The notes under the pieces were generated by a model. It had not been told where the DNA came from and made no database searches. It saw only the letters and a program-made list of their open reading frames with translations. A stretch of 64,000 nucleotides of DNA from Octopus sinensis (lineage: Eukaryota). This document shows positions 1 to 11,390 of the stretch, one piece after another. Made by a program: the position numbers and the translations under genes. Each line of letters begins with the position of its first letter. Position 1 is the stretch's first letter. The stretch covers positions 43,090,001 through 43,154,000 of the forward strand of contig NC_043001.1 of the NCBI RefSeq assembly GCF_006345805.1, written 5' to 3'.

Positions 1-1390
1 AGTGTATTATAATTAATGTGTACATTAACTGCAATATGTCAATGATGGTTTGTTGACAGTGCCTTAATGGCATAGTTTCTTTTACATTTAATGATCAGCA
101 GATAACCTATCATCTGAAGGTTAATGACACAGTTTTCTTATGTTGATTTGCACTTCCTGGCAATAGAGTTGATAATATACAATCCATTACAGAGGTTGCT
201 GTTATTGCTGTAGAAGATATGCACAGTGTGATTGTTAACATTAGTGTTGTGTTGTTTTGTGGTTGTTGACAATACCATATATGATGCACAGTGTATCATG
301 AGTCTGTTATTTTTGGCTGTTGGTATCACTGCAGAGGGTATGTAGTGTGTCGGTGTATGGTTTTTGATATTACTGTAAGAGACATGTAGTATGTTTGTGT
401 GATTTTGACAATACTGCAGTTGATGTTTAGAGAGTCGGTGTGTAATCGGTGACAATACTGTAGGTGATGTGTAAATCATTATTATAGATAATGTAGTATA
501 TCAGTATGATGTTATAAATAAAGTAATATATCATTGTGTAGTTATTGACATTATTGTACATCATATGTAGTATATCAGTGTTATATTTTCCACATTACTG
601 TCAGTGTACTAACTCTTGATATTACAGTAGATGACGTGTGGTGTGTTAAGATGTAGTTGTTGACATACTTGCAGATAATGTATTGGGTGCTGTTCTGTAG
701 TGATTAACAATACTGTAAACAATGTTTAACATAATGTTGTGCAGTTATTAACATTATTGTAAATGATGGATAATGTGCTGTTCACAGTGCTGTAAATGGT
801 ATGTTGTGAGTCACTGTGTGGTTGTCGACAATATGTTTAGATCATTTACAGTATGTAACTGTTGGCTTTACTACAGATGCTGAGTAGTGTGAATTTGTTG
901 ATATCAGTATAGAGAGGATGTCATTCTGTGTCTGTTAGCATTACAGTAGATAATGTACCCTGAGTCAGCATTGCTTGTTGACAATCCTGTAAATGACATG
1001 CAGTGTATCGGTGTGTGGATATTGACATATGTGTAGAAAATATGTAACATCTCATTTTATGGTTATTGACAATATTGTAGATGATGTACAGTGAGTCATT
1101 TTGCAGTTGTTGGCAAAATTTACAAATGATATGGGGTATGTCAATGTATAGTTGCTGACATTGTAGGTGATATTTTGTTACCAATTACACACCGACTCCC
1201 TAAAACTGTAAACAGTATGTAACTTATTGTTGTGTAGTTGTTGATATTATTATAGATTATGAGTAGTGTACTGTTGTTCACAGTACTGTAAATGCAGTTT
1301 TGTAAGTCAGTGTGTGGTATAGATGACATGTAATGTTGATATCATTGAATGACTGATAACATATACTGTAGATGATGTGGTGTGTCAGTG
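1..1390. repeat. Degenerate minisatellite, about 35-46 bp period (mode about 43-44), about 30 units, core like GTTGACAATAYTGTAGATGATGT; intronic to SELENOS
   Basis: Core variants recur at about 265, 404, 447, 544, 615, 659, 703, 746, 781, 823, 862, 897, 932, 976, 1021, 1065, 1108 and 1154. Confidence 0.7.
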
Positions 1391-1553
1391 CATGCTTGAG
1401 ATTTCTAACAGTGGAAATATTTAGAATTACGTACAGATAGTTTTTAAAATTTATTTATTATCAGTATATAAATTGAATTTCAGTTCTTATTTGCTGCTAA
1501 ACATTATATAAAGTAATTTTGCATTCATAATGTTACTTTTATTTTTTCAATAG

Positions 1554-1611
1554 AATTCCCAAGAGAAATCCCCTGAAAAACCTAAGCCAAAAAACAAGAA
1601 CGTTTCGGATG
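1554..1611 (+). CDS. SELENOS: Selenoprotein S, penultimate coding exon (NSQEKSPEKPKPKNKNVSD-G)
   Basis: Acceptor tttattttttcaatAG ends at 1553; donor G|gtaagt at 1612. The 58 nt are open in phase 0 to 1, and the phase-1 end joins in frame to the exon at 3092. The Lys/Pro-rich disordered content matches the SelS region before the GYNPL motif. Upstream exons are not in the window. Confidence 0.8.
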
Positions 1612-2847
1612 GTAAGTAATTTTATATTTGTCTAGAAAGACTTCTGATTAATCTTACAGTATTGGAGGCTGTTTCTCAAGCTTTATTTAACTCCATTGTT
1701 TAGTTATAGTCCAGAATATCATATCATTGTATGTGTTATTTATATCATGCCCCAGTCTATTTCCAGTTATAAATATGAAAATACACATGCATGTATACAG
1801 AACATTCCCTCCAAGTAAAGAGGAAATTTACCAGTATCAAACAATTTTAAGAGATTACCCCCACCCAAATTGGCTAGGGGGTTTTGATACATGGCTCAAA
1901 GAGTAAGTTTTTCATGCACTAAATGCAAGGTGGCTTCTTCCTATTCCCTCTTCAGCAAATTAAAGGTGCTCAGAGCCTTCTTTTAAAATGGAAACATCTT
2001 TGTGTTTATCAACATTTGAATTTCATCAGAGAACTCATAGGTTCACTTGGCATAATATGCCAACATCCTAGGTGTCTATCTTACAGATCACATATCTTCT
2101 GAAGGTGGAATTCCTTGTAGTGACAGAAACCTCTCAGGATGTGACTTAATGATGCCATTCCCTCACAGTATCCAAGGACATTAATTGAATCCTCAAAAGT
2201 CATGGTTCTTTTAGTTAATGACTTTTAGAAATTCCTTTACATTTGGATTTTGTCCCTCCCTTGTATGTCCAGCAATAGTAATATTGTAAAGATATGGGAA
2301 GACACTGTGCAACTTTCCATCTTTCATAGCTCGTTTGAAGGCAGCTACCCATCCATAGCTCATTTGAAATCAGCTACCCTTATGACTCCCTACAGAACTG
2401 ATACAGACATCCATTGGCCTCAAAGCCTGCCTGCCTACAACTGACATTTTGACGACATTCTAGACCACATCCAAAAGAATACAAAGATTCACTCACCAAC
2501 ATGTTACATTTCTCTGAATTAGCTAGTTGCATACCCACTCCAACTAATATATCCATCACCTCCCTTTTTTTCCCAGAAGTGTAATCCTCTATAATTCCCT
2601 TCCCACCCACATTTATTTCACCAATATGCTGATTAACTTAAAAGCAATGCACACTACTATTCCTTTTTGACTAACTTTTCTTTTTTCCTTTTTATATTAA
2701 TATATATATATATATTATTATTAATAATGGTTCAAGCAACTATTTTCATAGTTGGTGTATATTCCTTGTCTAGTAAATTATAAGCTCATGACACTATGGC
2801 TAGTCCAGCAATTTATTCTCATGACAATGTGTTTCACAAATAGTTAG

Positions 2848-2990
2848 AATAAATAGTGTCATCACCTTGATCACCTTGACCGACCAGTCCATCAGGTGTC
2901 CATTTGACACCGCTGGTCACAACACGCTGTCCACTCCTCTCTGGATCGCGCCTTTCTCATCCACATGATCCCAATCATCGTCCTGATGTG
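2848..2990 (-). mobile_element. SINE 3' fragment in the last SELENOS intron (same family as 46140-46437)
   Basis: The reverse complement ...gtgttgtgaccagcggtgtcaaatggacacctgatggactggtcggtcaaggtgatcaaggtga resembles the 3' end at 46370-46437. Confidence 0.55.
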
Positions 2991-3091
2991 CATTCATTTT
3001 GTTGTGCTGAAAAATTTGAAAAATAAAATATATCTGCTCTCTGCGTGGTTTCAGTTTACTTTAAATGAATTTTATTCTTATACATTTGCAG

Positions 3092-3174
3092 GTCACCGTC
3101 CATTGATGGGTCACGGTGGTGGATCAACTTATCGCCCTCCTAGACGATCCAATACCAGAGGAGGATGAGGTTAA
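3092..3174 (+). CDS. SELENOS: Selenoprotein S, last coding exon: (G)HRPLMGHGGGSTYRPPRRSNTRGG-U-G-stop; Sec codon TGA 3166-3168, true stop TAA 3172-3174
   Basis: Acceptor ttcttatacatttgcAG ends at 3091. The translation aligns by eye with the human SelS C-terminus [28 protein letters not shown], including the GGUG-stop ending. A SECIS lies downstream. Confidence 0.9.
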
Positions 3175-4102
3175 ATTTTCTGTGGGATTATGCAGTTCAG
3201 AGCAGTTCAGTTTAAATGTATTCCATTTATCAGTCCTATTTTTACAACGGATCAAAAGTTTCCTTGCGTAGTTTACTAATTTTTGTTTGTATATATTTAC
3301 TTATAAGTACTAGCAGATATATAAATAAATGTGTGCACATATATAAGTGCATTTGTGAAAGTCTTGGATATATTTGGATTATGCTAAAAATCCTTTGATT
3401 TGTAATTACTGTTAAGTTACTATTATTATTTTTTCTCTCCTAATTTGGAACATCGGAATCTCTAGGACATTTCCTTACCCACACTTGATATTATCTTATA
3501 ATCCTAACCATTCCAATAAGTTAAATGAAACCTTGTCTACATATAGCGTGACAAGCTCCAAAGGATGTTAAATGGAAAATAATAATTTGCTGCTTCTGTA
3601 TCTGAGTTGTATTCCTACAGAAATCAAATAACTGATCTAAACCAACAAACAGCCTTCTAGCCATCTATTTCTATGATTAATTGAATACTGATCTTGTATC
3701 TAGGCTCTGTTTCTTCTTCTTCTTCTATGTTACTATTCTTATTGTTAGCTCTCTACAAATATTTACAATAATTTCATATAGTTTGATATTATAAAAGTTT
3801 ACCTCCTCTGTAACACCTATTGAACTATGATAGAACCAATAGAATATCTTAATATAATTTGTTGTTTAGTCTATTTGTGTACAGATACTGTGGTGGTTTA
3901 TATTGAATCATTGTCAGAAATATTAAAATTTTATCTCCATCTTAGAGATATTTTTCTATATACTGATATTGCTTAGATTTAAATTAATGAAAAACAAATT
4001 TCTAGAATGTTTTAAGATATTGTAAATTTAGATTCTTACTTATATTATATTTATAATTACCTCTATCTTAATTTCATGATCTGTACTTTCAATCAAATAA
4101 AT

Positions 4103-4186
4103 AGATGGATATAGACTTATGATGGCAATCTAAAAAACAGAATAATCACTGATTAGATCGCCTGATTTTTGTTTTGTTGGTGCATC
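4103..4186 (+). promoter_or_regulatory. SECIS element, type II (selenocysteine insertion sequence) in the SELENOS 3'UTR
   Basis: ATGAT at 4119-4123. Helix II GGCAATCTAA (4124-4133) pairs with TTAGATCGCC (4153-4162) at 9/10 positions. Unpaired AAAA at 4134-4137, ministem CAG/CTG (4138-4140/4149-4151), and TGAT at 4163-4166 completing the UGAN/NGAN quartet. A plausible helix I is formed by GATG...AGAC with GTTT...CATC. Confidence 0.88.
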
Positions 4187-4290
4187 AGATTTCCCTATTC
4201 ATTTGAATTTATTTTTATTATATTAATTATAACTATTTCAAAAATATATTTTGATGCATATCAATATATTTTTCACTGGTATTTAACTAC

Positions 4291-4296
4291 AATAAA
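4291..4296 (+). terminator. Candidate distal polyadenylation signal of SELENOS (AATAAA; a second at 4382-4387)
   Basis: First canonical AATAAA downstream of the SECIS. Position only; there is no transcript evidence. Confidence 0.4.
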
Positions 4297-5264
4297 TTTA
4301 CCATTAGATTTCCTCTGCCTCAAATACATTTTTAGAATTCAACTTTAAAATTGAATTCTGATCATTTTGAGAAAAGATTCTAATAAAGTATCTTGCCAAC
4401 TTTGTCCATTTAATTTATTGTGTAACTTGCTGACTCTGGAATTTTATAATTTTCCTGTTTTCAAAAGTGAAATATATTGTGAAAAAAAAAAGAAAGTTTC
4501 ACAAAAGAGAACCTAAATATGTCATGTACATTAGGAGATGTAATTTTAGTGTTTCATTTTTGTGGGACTTCAGAAACATGATAAATCTGTAAAGCTTCTT
4601 GGAGCTCAAACATGGAGACCCAGTCTAGTTAAGACTAAACCTACACCAATTCCATATATAATATCATTAACAGATAACAAACTGATGAGAAAATGAAATT
4701 TCAAATTCTGGCATTGAACTAAGCAGTAATTGTACAGGTTTGGCTTTTTTTGCAGCAAAAGTGTTGAATAAACAATTTTATTATTAAACTGAATGGTATA
4801 TTGATTCATTATTTGCAACTGAACAGTGGTTACACTAATATTAAATGCTAATAGATGTATACAAAGTGACAAGTAGTAGTTTTTATATCCAAAAGAATAA
4901 CTCTACTTCTTCATAATCCAATTCATTGAACAACCATTTGGATTACTGATTCAAAACAGTTTGAATTAGCTGTCAAGCTTCAGAACACTTTATGCATTTG
5001 TATTTGTATATATACATACACAAACACATGCACACACATCATTTTTTGTGTGTGTCGATATATATATATATGCATACACGTGTTCATAAGTATGTATAAT
5101 TAAGCATAAGTGTGTACATGTATCTGTTTATGCACATATGTATATGTGAAAATGGATATTTTCTTCCTTAACAATCGGTTTGTGAATATGCATGTATACA
5201 GTTGTATTTGTGAATGATTTTTACAATTAATACTTAGTAATTAATGTTTGTTGAGAGTGGTAAT

Positions 5265-5869
5265 TACCATAAAAGCCCATGTAATTTACACTTTTTTTTT
5301 ACAAAAATAAAAATAAACTTTAGGGGTGTGTAAATTACATGAGTAGATTGTTTTCATAATTTTTTAGAAATGTCAGAATAGGTTTTTACAGAAAAAATAA
5401 GGGCTTAAATATAGTGAAGTTGACTTTTATTTTTGATGGACAGTATAATGCTTAATTTTTCTGTATAAATTTACTAAAACCATTTATGTTTATTGGTAAT
5501 TAAACTTAATTTGCAACACCTATGTGTATTTATCAGCTTTGTTTTTGTTAATAATTCTTATCAACAATTTTTCCTGTGATTGTGATTTCAGAAGACATAC
5601 AGCAGTATGCTAAAGATCAGACATAAATAAAGTTTATGATAAACAACACAAACACTTTTAATTTAATAGCTTTAATGTGATACCTGTTAAACAGAAGTTA
5701 TTTTTATTTAATGAAAATTTAATAAGACCTAAGTTAGATTATGCTAAATACAATTAAATTGAAAACCTTTTTCCCCTGGCCATAGCAGTTCTGAAAACTG
5801 CAAATTTTACATGAGTAGAACACCTGCATAAATTACACAGGTGCGCAAATTACATGGATTTTTATGGTA
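5265..5869. mobile_element. MITE with about 27-bp terminal inverted repeats (TA-flanked, Tc1/pogo-like)
   Basis: Left TACCATAAAAGCCCATGTAATTTACAC versus reverse complement of right TACCATAAAAATCCATGTAATTTGCGC (23/27). The motif AAATTACATGAGTAGA is repeated internally. Confidence 0.6.
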
Positions 5870-5999
5870 GTACTTTGATATGTACTCTAAGTGGTATCCA
5901 TTTGGTTATCTCTGGACTTTCATTCATTTTCATGAGTTGGTTGGTTAGTTTATGCTTCTGTCGGTGTTGACATTGTTACGCCCCAACGCTTATCAATAG

Positions 6000-8100
6000 G
6001 TGTCAACCTTGTTTGCAGTTAAGGTATTAATAGGTGTGAACCTTGTCTGCAGTTAAGTTAGGACTCATTTTTTCAAAATGAGTTTATTGTAGTATCTATA
6101 AGACATCTCATTTCATTTGTTTAACAAGCATATTTGTTATGCAATAATGTTATAGTTGTCTGTAGTGTATAAAAGGCAAATCCCAGAACTATTTATGTAA
6201 GGGGTTGTGCCAACTATTATTTACCAGTCTATGTCTTATATTGTTCTCCTTCAGGTCACCAATATACTTTGATAGGGACATTGCAGTTCTGTCAGTGTTG
6301 CAGAGTGAATATGATTTGAGCTTATTGCTTTGAACATTCTACTTTCTGTTCTGATGCAGTTAGTCTTGGTTTTCCTTTATCCAGTGCTGTTGCCTTGTAA
6401 ATCACTACTTTTTAAAACAGTTTTCCACTTAATGGCATGACCTTGGTCTGCAAAGTTGCATTTGTTTTTGGCTATTGGCTGTGTATTTCTAGGTGTAAGG
6501 TTGTTTATGACTTGAGTTGCATGTTGTATAGTTTTTGTACAGCAGTAATTAACTTTCATATAGTTCCTGATTCCTATTGATTAGCTCGTGGTATCTATGG
6601 TTGACTACAAAATATCTGGAGATTGGTGTTAGGAAGTTATTTTGCCATGTTTGCCACAACATTGAGGTTGAAGAGTGGGTTGAACCAGCTGATGTTTCTT
6701 TTTCTGATTTTTGATTTATCGTTGAACAATTCTCGGTATATATATTTTTTTTAATTTTGTGTGTGTGTGGTATGTGAACCTGTTCACTTTTAGGGGTTTG
6801 TTGTAGAATGGAACTGCTTTGTCAAATATTAGTTTATCTGATGATATTGTATAAGTTCACCAGCTTGTGTTTCTGACTAGATACTTAATGATTGTCAGTA
6901 GATCAGCGATTGGGGAAGGAGGGGTTGTATATAGCAATTCATTAAATTTTGTTGTTTTTAGTTGTAACACTAAACCTAAGCAGGAATTCCTACTTAAGTT
7001 TAATATTTTATCTAGGAAATATATTATGGGTAGGTTTGTTTGGAAGAATATTTTGAAATATAAGTTTTTGGGGGCATTTATTGAGTTTTTTCGAAATTTC
7101 TCTAATCAATGTCCATCCACGTTTAGAGAGACTACTACATTGTCATTTTTTTATTAGTTGGCTATTTTGCTTATATTTACTTGCAAATGTATTGTATTTT
7201 AACATGTATAAGGAACCTCCTAATTTTGGGGGCCTAAAATTTGGAAAAAAGGTTTTGTAAGGGATTATAATATTACCCATGTATAAGAAACTCCCATATT
7301 TTTTTAACCTAATTTTTGACAAAAAAAGGGTTCCTTATACATGTTAACATATGGTAGTTCCATGTGTTTGCATGTTTCCACTCTATATAACATCTGATGC
7401 TCGTGTTAAAAGTTCAGGTTCTTTTCCTTCTTGACTGCATTATACTGCTTGCCTTGTAGTCACGAATGATAGTGAACCTTCTCATAAAATTCAATGCTTT
7501 TATTAGAAGTGTTTTTTCAACAATGGATAGAAATATACAATGTTGACTTCTGTCAAGTTAGACAACATTTTGATCTCCATGTTGTTGAGCCAGTTGTTGA
7601 CAAATGTGCTGTTTAGTGTTGATAACTGCAAAGATTTCCTTGCTCACTACACCTTATTTGTCTTTTACTGGATTAATTAGTTGCATTTGGGGTTTGCTCA
7701 GACATTGGGTTTTTCATTATAATGTATGGTTGACATCTTGCTTGGATTTCTGTTCTATTTGTACAGTTATTACTATCTTTTGTGCTTCTCTCTTGATTGT
7801 GTTGTAGATGTTGAAGTTTATTTTATACATTTTTGGTATGCTGTTCCATAAGTTGTTGTGGGTGAGTGTTTTTTTTTTCCTATATCATACAGGTATTTTG
7901 TATTGTCTGTGAATATGAAGGTCTTTCCAGATTTTGTACTGATTTGATCTCTAAGTGTAGTCGGTTCTGAAATGTATCACTTTAGATTTTGACTCTTACT
8001 TTCTTTATCGTGTCTATGAGGTCTGCTTCAAATTTTTCTTGGGTCTTTAAGTTGTGATGGTCAGTTTTGGGTTTTGAAGCTACCAAGCATTTCTCAGAGA
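6000..8100 (-). mobile_element. Heavily decayed Penelope-like element (RT + GIY-YIG relic)
   Basis: Minus-strand remnants: FYPSI..K.LL.KALNF-like at about 7450-7540, QTNLPIIYFLDKILNL at about 7000-7050, WFNPLFNLNV at about 6660-6690 and LSKYIGDLKENNI at about 6240-6280. These are colinear with the better-preserved element at 30.9-32.6 kb. Confidence 0.72.
7190..7356. mobile_element. Small MITE inserted in the Penelope relic
   Basis: The terminus TTAACATGTATAAGGAACC (about 7199-7217) is inverted at GGTTCCTTATACATGTTAA (about 7329-7347), ending ...ATATGGTA at 7356. Confidence 0.55.
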
Positions 8101-8770
8101 GGTATGTCTTTGTTGCCTTTTACATGCACAAACATACATACATGCATGCTCTTATTTTCTTGCTACTTAAAATCATTTCTCTGAAGTTGTTTCTTGTTTT
8201 AGTTATGATTTGTTAGTTGCTATATAGTATGATGTTTCTGATGTGTTCTCTCTCTCTCTCTCTCTCTCCTTCCCTCCATCCATCCCCTCCTCCCCGCTCT
8301 CTCTCTCTCTTTTTTCAAAGTTTTATTTTGTTCATTGACTATATTGTTTTTTCAGAAGCTGTTCCTTAATTTGTTATTGTTCAGTGCTTGCTAGTTGTGT
8401 TTCACAGCTTTTGTATTCTTATCTATATTATACTAAAACTCAAAGTTTGTCTGTTTTCCTGCCATGTGATTAAGATGATGAAGATTACAAATAAAATAGT
8501 TATTTCCCCCTTTAAGAAAAAACAAATCAAGTTGAAAATGCCAGCATTTCAAAAAGTCATCATCTGTCCACCCTTTCTCTTTTCTTTTTTCTCCCCTTAA
8601 TCATTTATACAACTTTTGGAGTGCTGTGGGCTTGAAAGATAGAAATTCTTCCTATATTTTTATGAGATATTTTTGAATCACAGGTACTTGATTTTTTTTT
8701 TTTTCTTAAAGGGGAAAATTACAATTTTATTTATCTTAAACAAAAGGTAGAAAAACAGACAGAGAGACTA

Positions 8771-9380
8771 TCTCTTTATAGACGAAGATCAGTTGCAAGG
8801 GGGGGAACCGAATCTCATAAGAATGGAAAAACAAACGACAAATGGGTTGTACCTTGAAATCATTGCCTCAGTGAGGTCAGTTAAGTACGTCCTCAAGTAC
8901 ACACTGAAAGGAAATGACCAAGCTGCTGTTCAAATAAATAATGATAACGAAATTAGTCAATATCTAATGGGCAGGTACACTGGACCATCCGAAGCAGTTG
9001 CATCCATTTTTGGATTTTCAATTCATGAAAGAGCACCTGCAATAGTTAGATTGCAAGTTCATCTACCAGATGAACAGAGAATATTGCTCAGAAATAATGA
9101 GGCTGTCAATGAACAACATTGACAGAATGATGACTTCGCAAAAAACATTACTTTATGCTGAAGTATCCATATATTTCACAGGGAACAGTAGTAACAAAGA
9201 ATGGCAAAGAAGAAAGTGATACAGTTCTCCTACCTTTGTCACACCAAAGGCAGGAGAACTGTATTATTTAAGAATTTTATTACATGATATTCGAAATAGT
9301 ATTTTTTCCTTTTCCGTTGTGCATCGACATTTTTAACTTGGAGTAGTTGTAACCCAATGGGTCATGGCAAGTACATCTAG
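8771..9380 (+). mobile_element. Internally deleted Helitron (Rep/helicase fragment) with both termini
   Basis: ORF 8793-9122 reads SVKYVLKYTLKGNDQA...NEISQYLMGRYTGPSEAVASIFGFSIHERAPAIVRLQVHLPDEQ, a typical Helitron Rep-Hel segment. It starts with 5' TC after A8770 and ends with hairpin ACCC-AAT-GGGT (9352-9362) then CTAG (9377-9380) followed by T. Confidence 0.78.
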
Positions 9381-9974
9381 TATATATGTTTTTGGTATGT
9401 GCCCCTTGTACAATTCAGAAATATATATTTATACAATGAATGTGCTTACTAAACTAAAGAAATAAGCGATATCACATTTCAGCTACCAGAATGTGTTCAT
9501 TTTTGAGAATGGTCTCACTGCAACATGTAAACATCCAATTACACCGCAACAGCAGTGGCAGCATAAAAATACCAACAAAAATTAAACACCAGAGTAACCA
9601 AACTAAAGCACAAAAATGAATGTCAATGCAGAAACATCAAAATACAAACTACCTACAGTATCTATCAGAATATTAGTTGCCTGTTGTAAGGAATATTAAG
9701 TAACAATTGGATAACTGTTCACATATACAAGTGTATGCATATATATTCACAGACTTATTGTTAGCAAAGAAAGCATCAGCAGATGTATGTGCACGTGTAT
9801 ACAGATACCTGTACACAGTGATGCATAAATATGCAAGCATAAGAACATACATAGCAATATATGTACATATAGACACAGACATGAGCATGTGTGTGTATAT
9901 AAATGTTTGCATATGCATGCATGCATCTGTGTATCCTTATACACACACAGCACACAATGCATAAATGTATACAG

Positions 9975-11390
9975 AAACACTGGATCAGGTGATGAAAGTC
10001 ACAGAGAGGGTCATAGCCCAACTAATTGGGGTGAGAGTTAGTTTAGATGAGATGCAGTTTGGGTTTGTGTCAGAGAGAAGTACCACTGATGCTATATTTC
10101 TGGTAAGACAGCTACTGGAGAAATTCCTAGCCAAAGATAAACCTCTGTACTTGGCTTTTGTTGATATGGAGAAAGCTTTTGACAGGGTCCCCCGATCCCT
10201 TATCAATGTAGAAACTGGGGATAGAGAAGTGGTTGGTGAGAGCTGTACAAGCCATGTGCAGGGATGCTGTCAGTAAGGTGAGGGCTGGCAACAAGTATAA
10301 CAAAGAATTCTGGGTAGAAGTAGGAGTTCATCAAGGATCACTTCTCAACCCCCTCTTGTTCATCATAGTCTTCCAGATAACAGAAATTCAAGACAGGCTG
10401 CTCCTCTATATTGATGACCTTGCTCTAATAACAGAGTTACTACCAGAACTAGAGAAGTTTCAGGTGTGGAAGCAAGGTCTAGAATCTAAGAGCCTTAGAT
10501 TTAACCTAGCAAAAACCAAAGTTGTAGTAAGTAGGAAGGCAGACAAATCACAACTCCCTTCAGGTAAATGGCCCAGCTCAGTCTGTAGAAAAGGTGTAGG
10601 TAAAAACTCCATATGCTGTACCCAGTGTAAGCTATGGACACATAAAAGGTGCAGCTATATCAAAGGAAGGTTAACTGGGAAGATAGTTTTTGTATGTGGC
10701 AGATGCACAGGTAATAAGCACCAAAAATGTACAGAAAACAGATTCCATCACATGCCAGGGGGAAAAACTAGAAGTAGTTGATAGCTTCCATTACCTAGGT
10801 GACCAAGTCAGTAGTAGGGATGAATGCTCTGAGAGCATAGCTGCTAGAATAAGAACAGGCTGGGCAAAGTTCAGAAAGCCCCTTACCTCTGCTGGTAACA
10901 AAGGGCCTCTCACTCAGAGTGAAAGGTAGACTGTATGACACCTAGTGTGTGAACAGCCATGCTACATGATAATGAAACATGGGCTGTGACTGCTGAGGAC
11001 ATGTGTAGGCTTGAAAGAAATCAAGCTAGTATGCTCTGCTGGATGTGTAATGTCAGTGTGCATACACAACAGAATGTAAGCTCCCTGAGAGAAAAGTTGG
11101 ACATAAGAAGTATTAGATGTGGTGTGCAAGAGAGATGACTGGGCTGGTATAGTCATGTGATGTGGATGAGGACAGCTGTGTGAAGAAGTATCACACCCTA
11201 ACATTAGAGGGATTCTATGGAAGAGGTAGACTCAGGAAGACATGAGATGAGGTGGTGAAGCATGACCTTCAAATGTTGGGCCTCACAGAGGCAATGACAA
11301 GCAAGTAAGACCTTTGGAGAAATGCCATACCTGAGAAGACCCAACAAGCCAAGTGAGATTGTAGTCATGGCCAATGCCAATTTCACATAA
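9975..11390 (+). mobile_element. 5'-truncated, frameshifted RTE-clade LINE (reverse transcriptase)
   Basis: MQFGFVSERSTTDAIFLVRQLLEK...AFVDMEKAFDRVP; GVHQGSLLNPLLF; YIDDL; EVVDSFHYLGD; RIRTGWAKFR; C-terminal RGR.RKT..EVVKHDL. Several frameshifts are present. Confidence 0.93.

Noticed and set aside
1-1390. CRISPR-like array or real ORFs (138-479, 921-1184, 1141-1329)
   Set aside because: Eukaryotic context, degenerate repeats, mutually similar 'spacers' and no cas genes. The ORFs reflect the compositional bias of the repeat.
1850-2620. Possible decayed L1/Tx1-type LINE 3' region on the minus strand
   Set aside because: Only vague motif resemblance; not supportable without a profile search.
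2965-3168. ORF-track 67-aa ORF as a stand-alone gene
   Set aside because: The first 42 codons or so are intron/SINE sequence upstream of the acceptor at 3091, and its 'stop' is the Sec codon.
3092-3174. Selenoprotein K as an alternative identity
   Set aside because: SelK ends in a PPP(M)xGGUGR-type tail. The PLxGxGGG...RP.RR...GGUG* pattern here matches SelS.
3525-3567. Second SECIS candidate (ATGAA-ACCTTGTC...GACAAG)
   Set aside because: It has a 6-bp stem, but no apical AA motif and no correctly placed 3' GA for the quartet.
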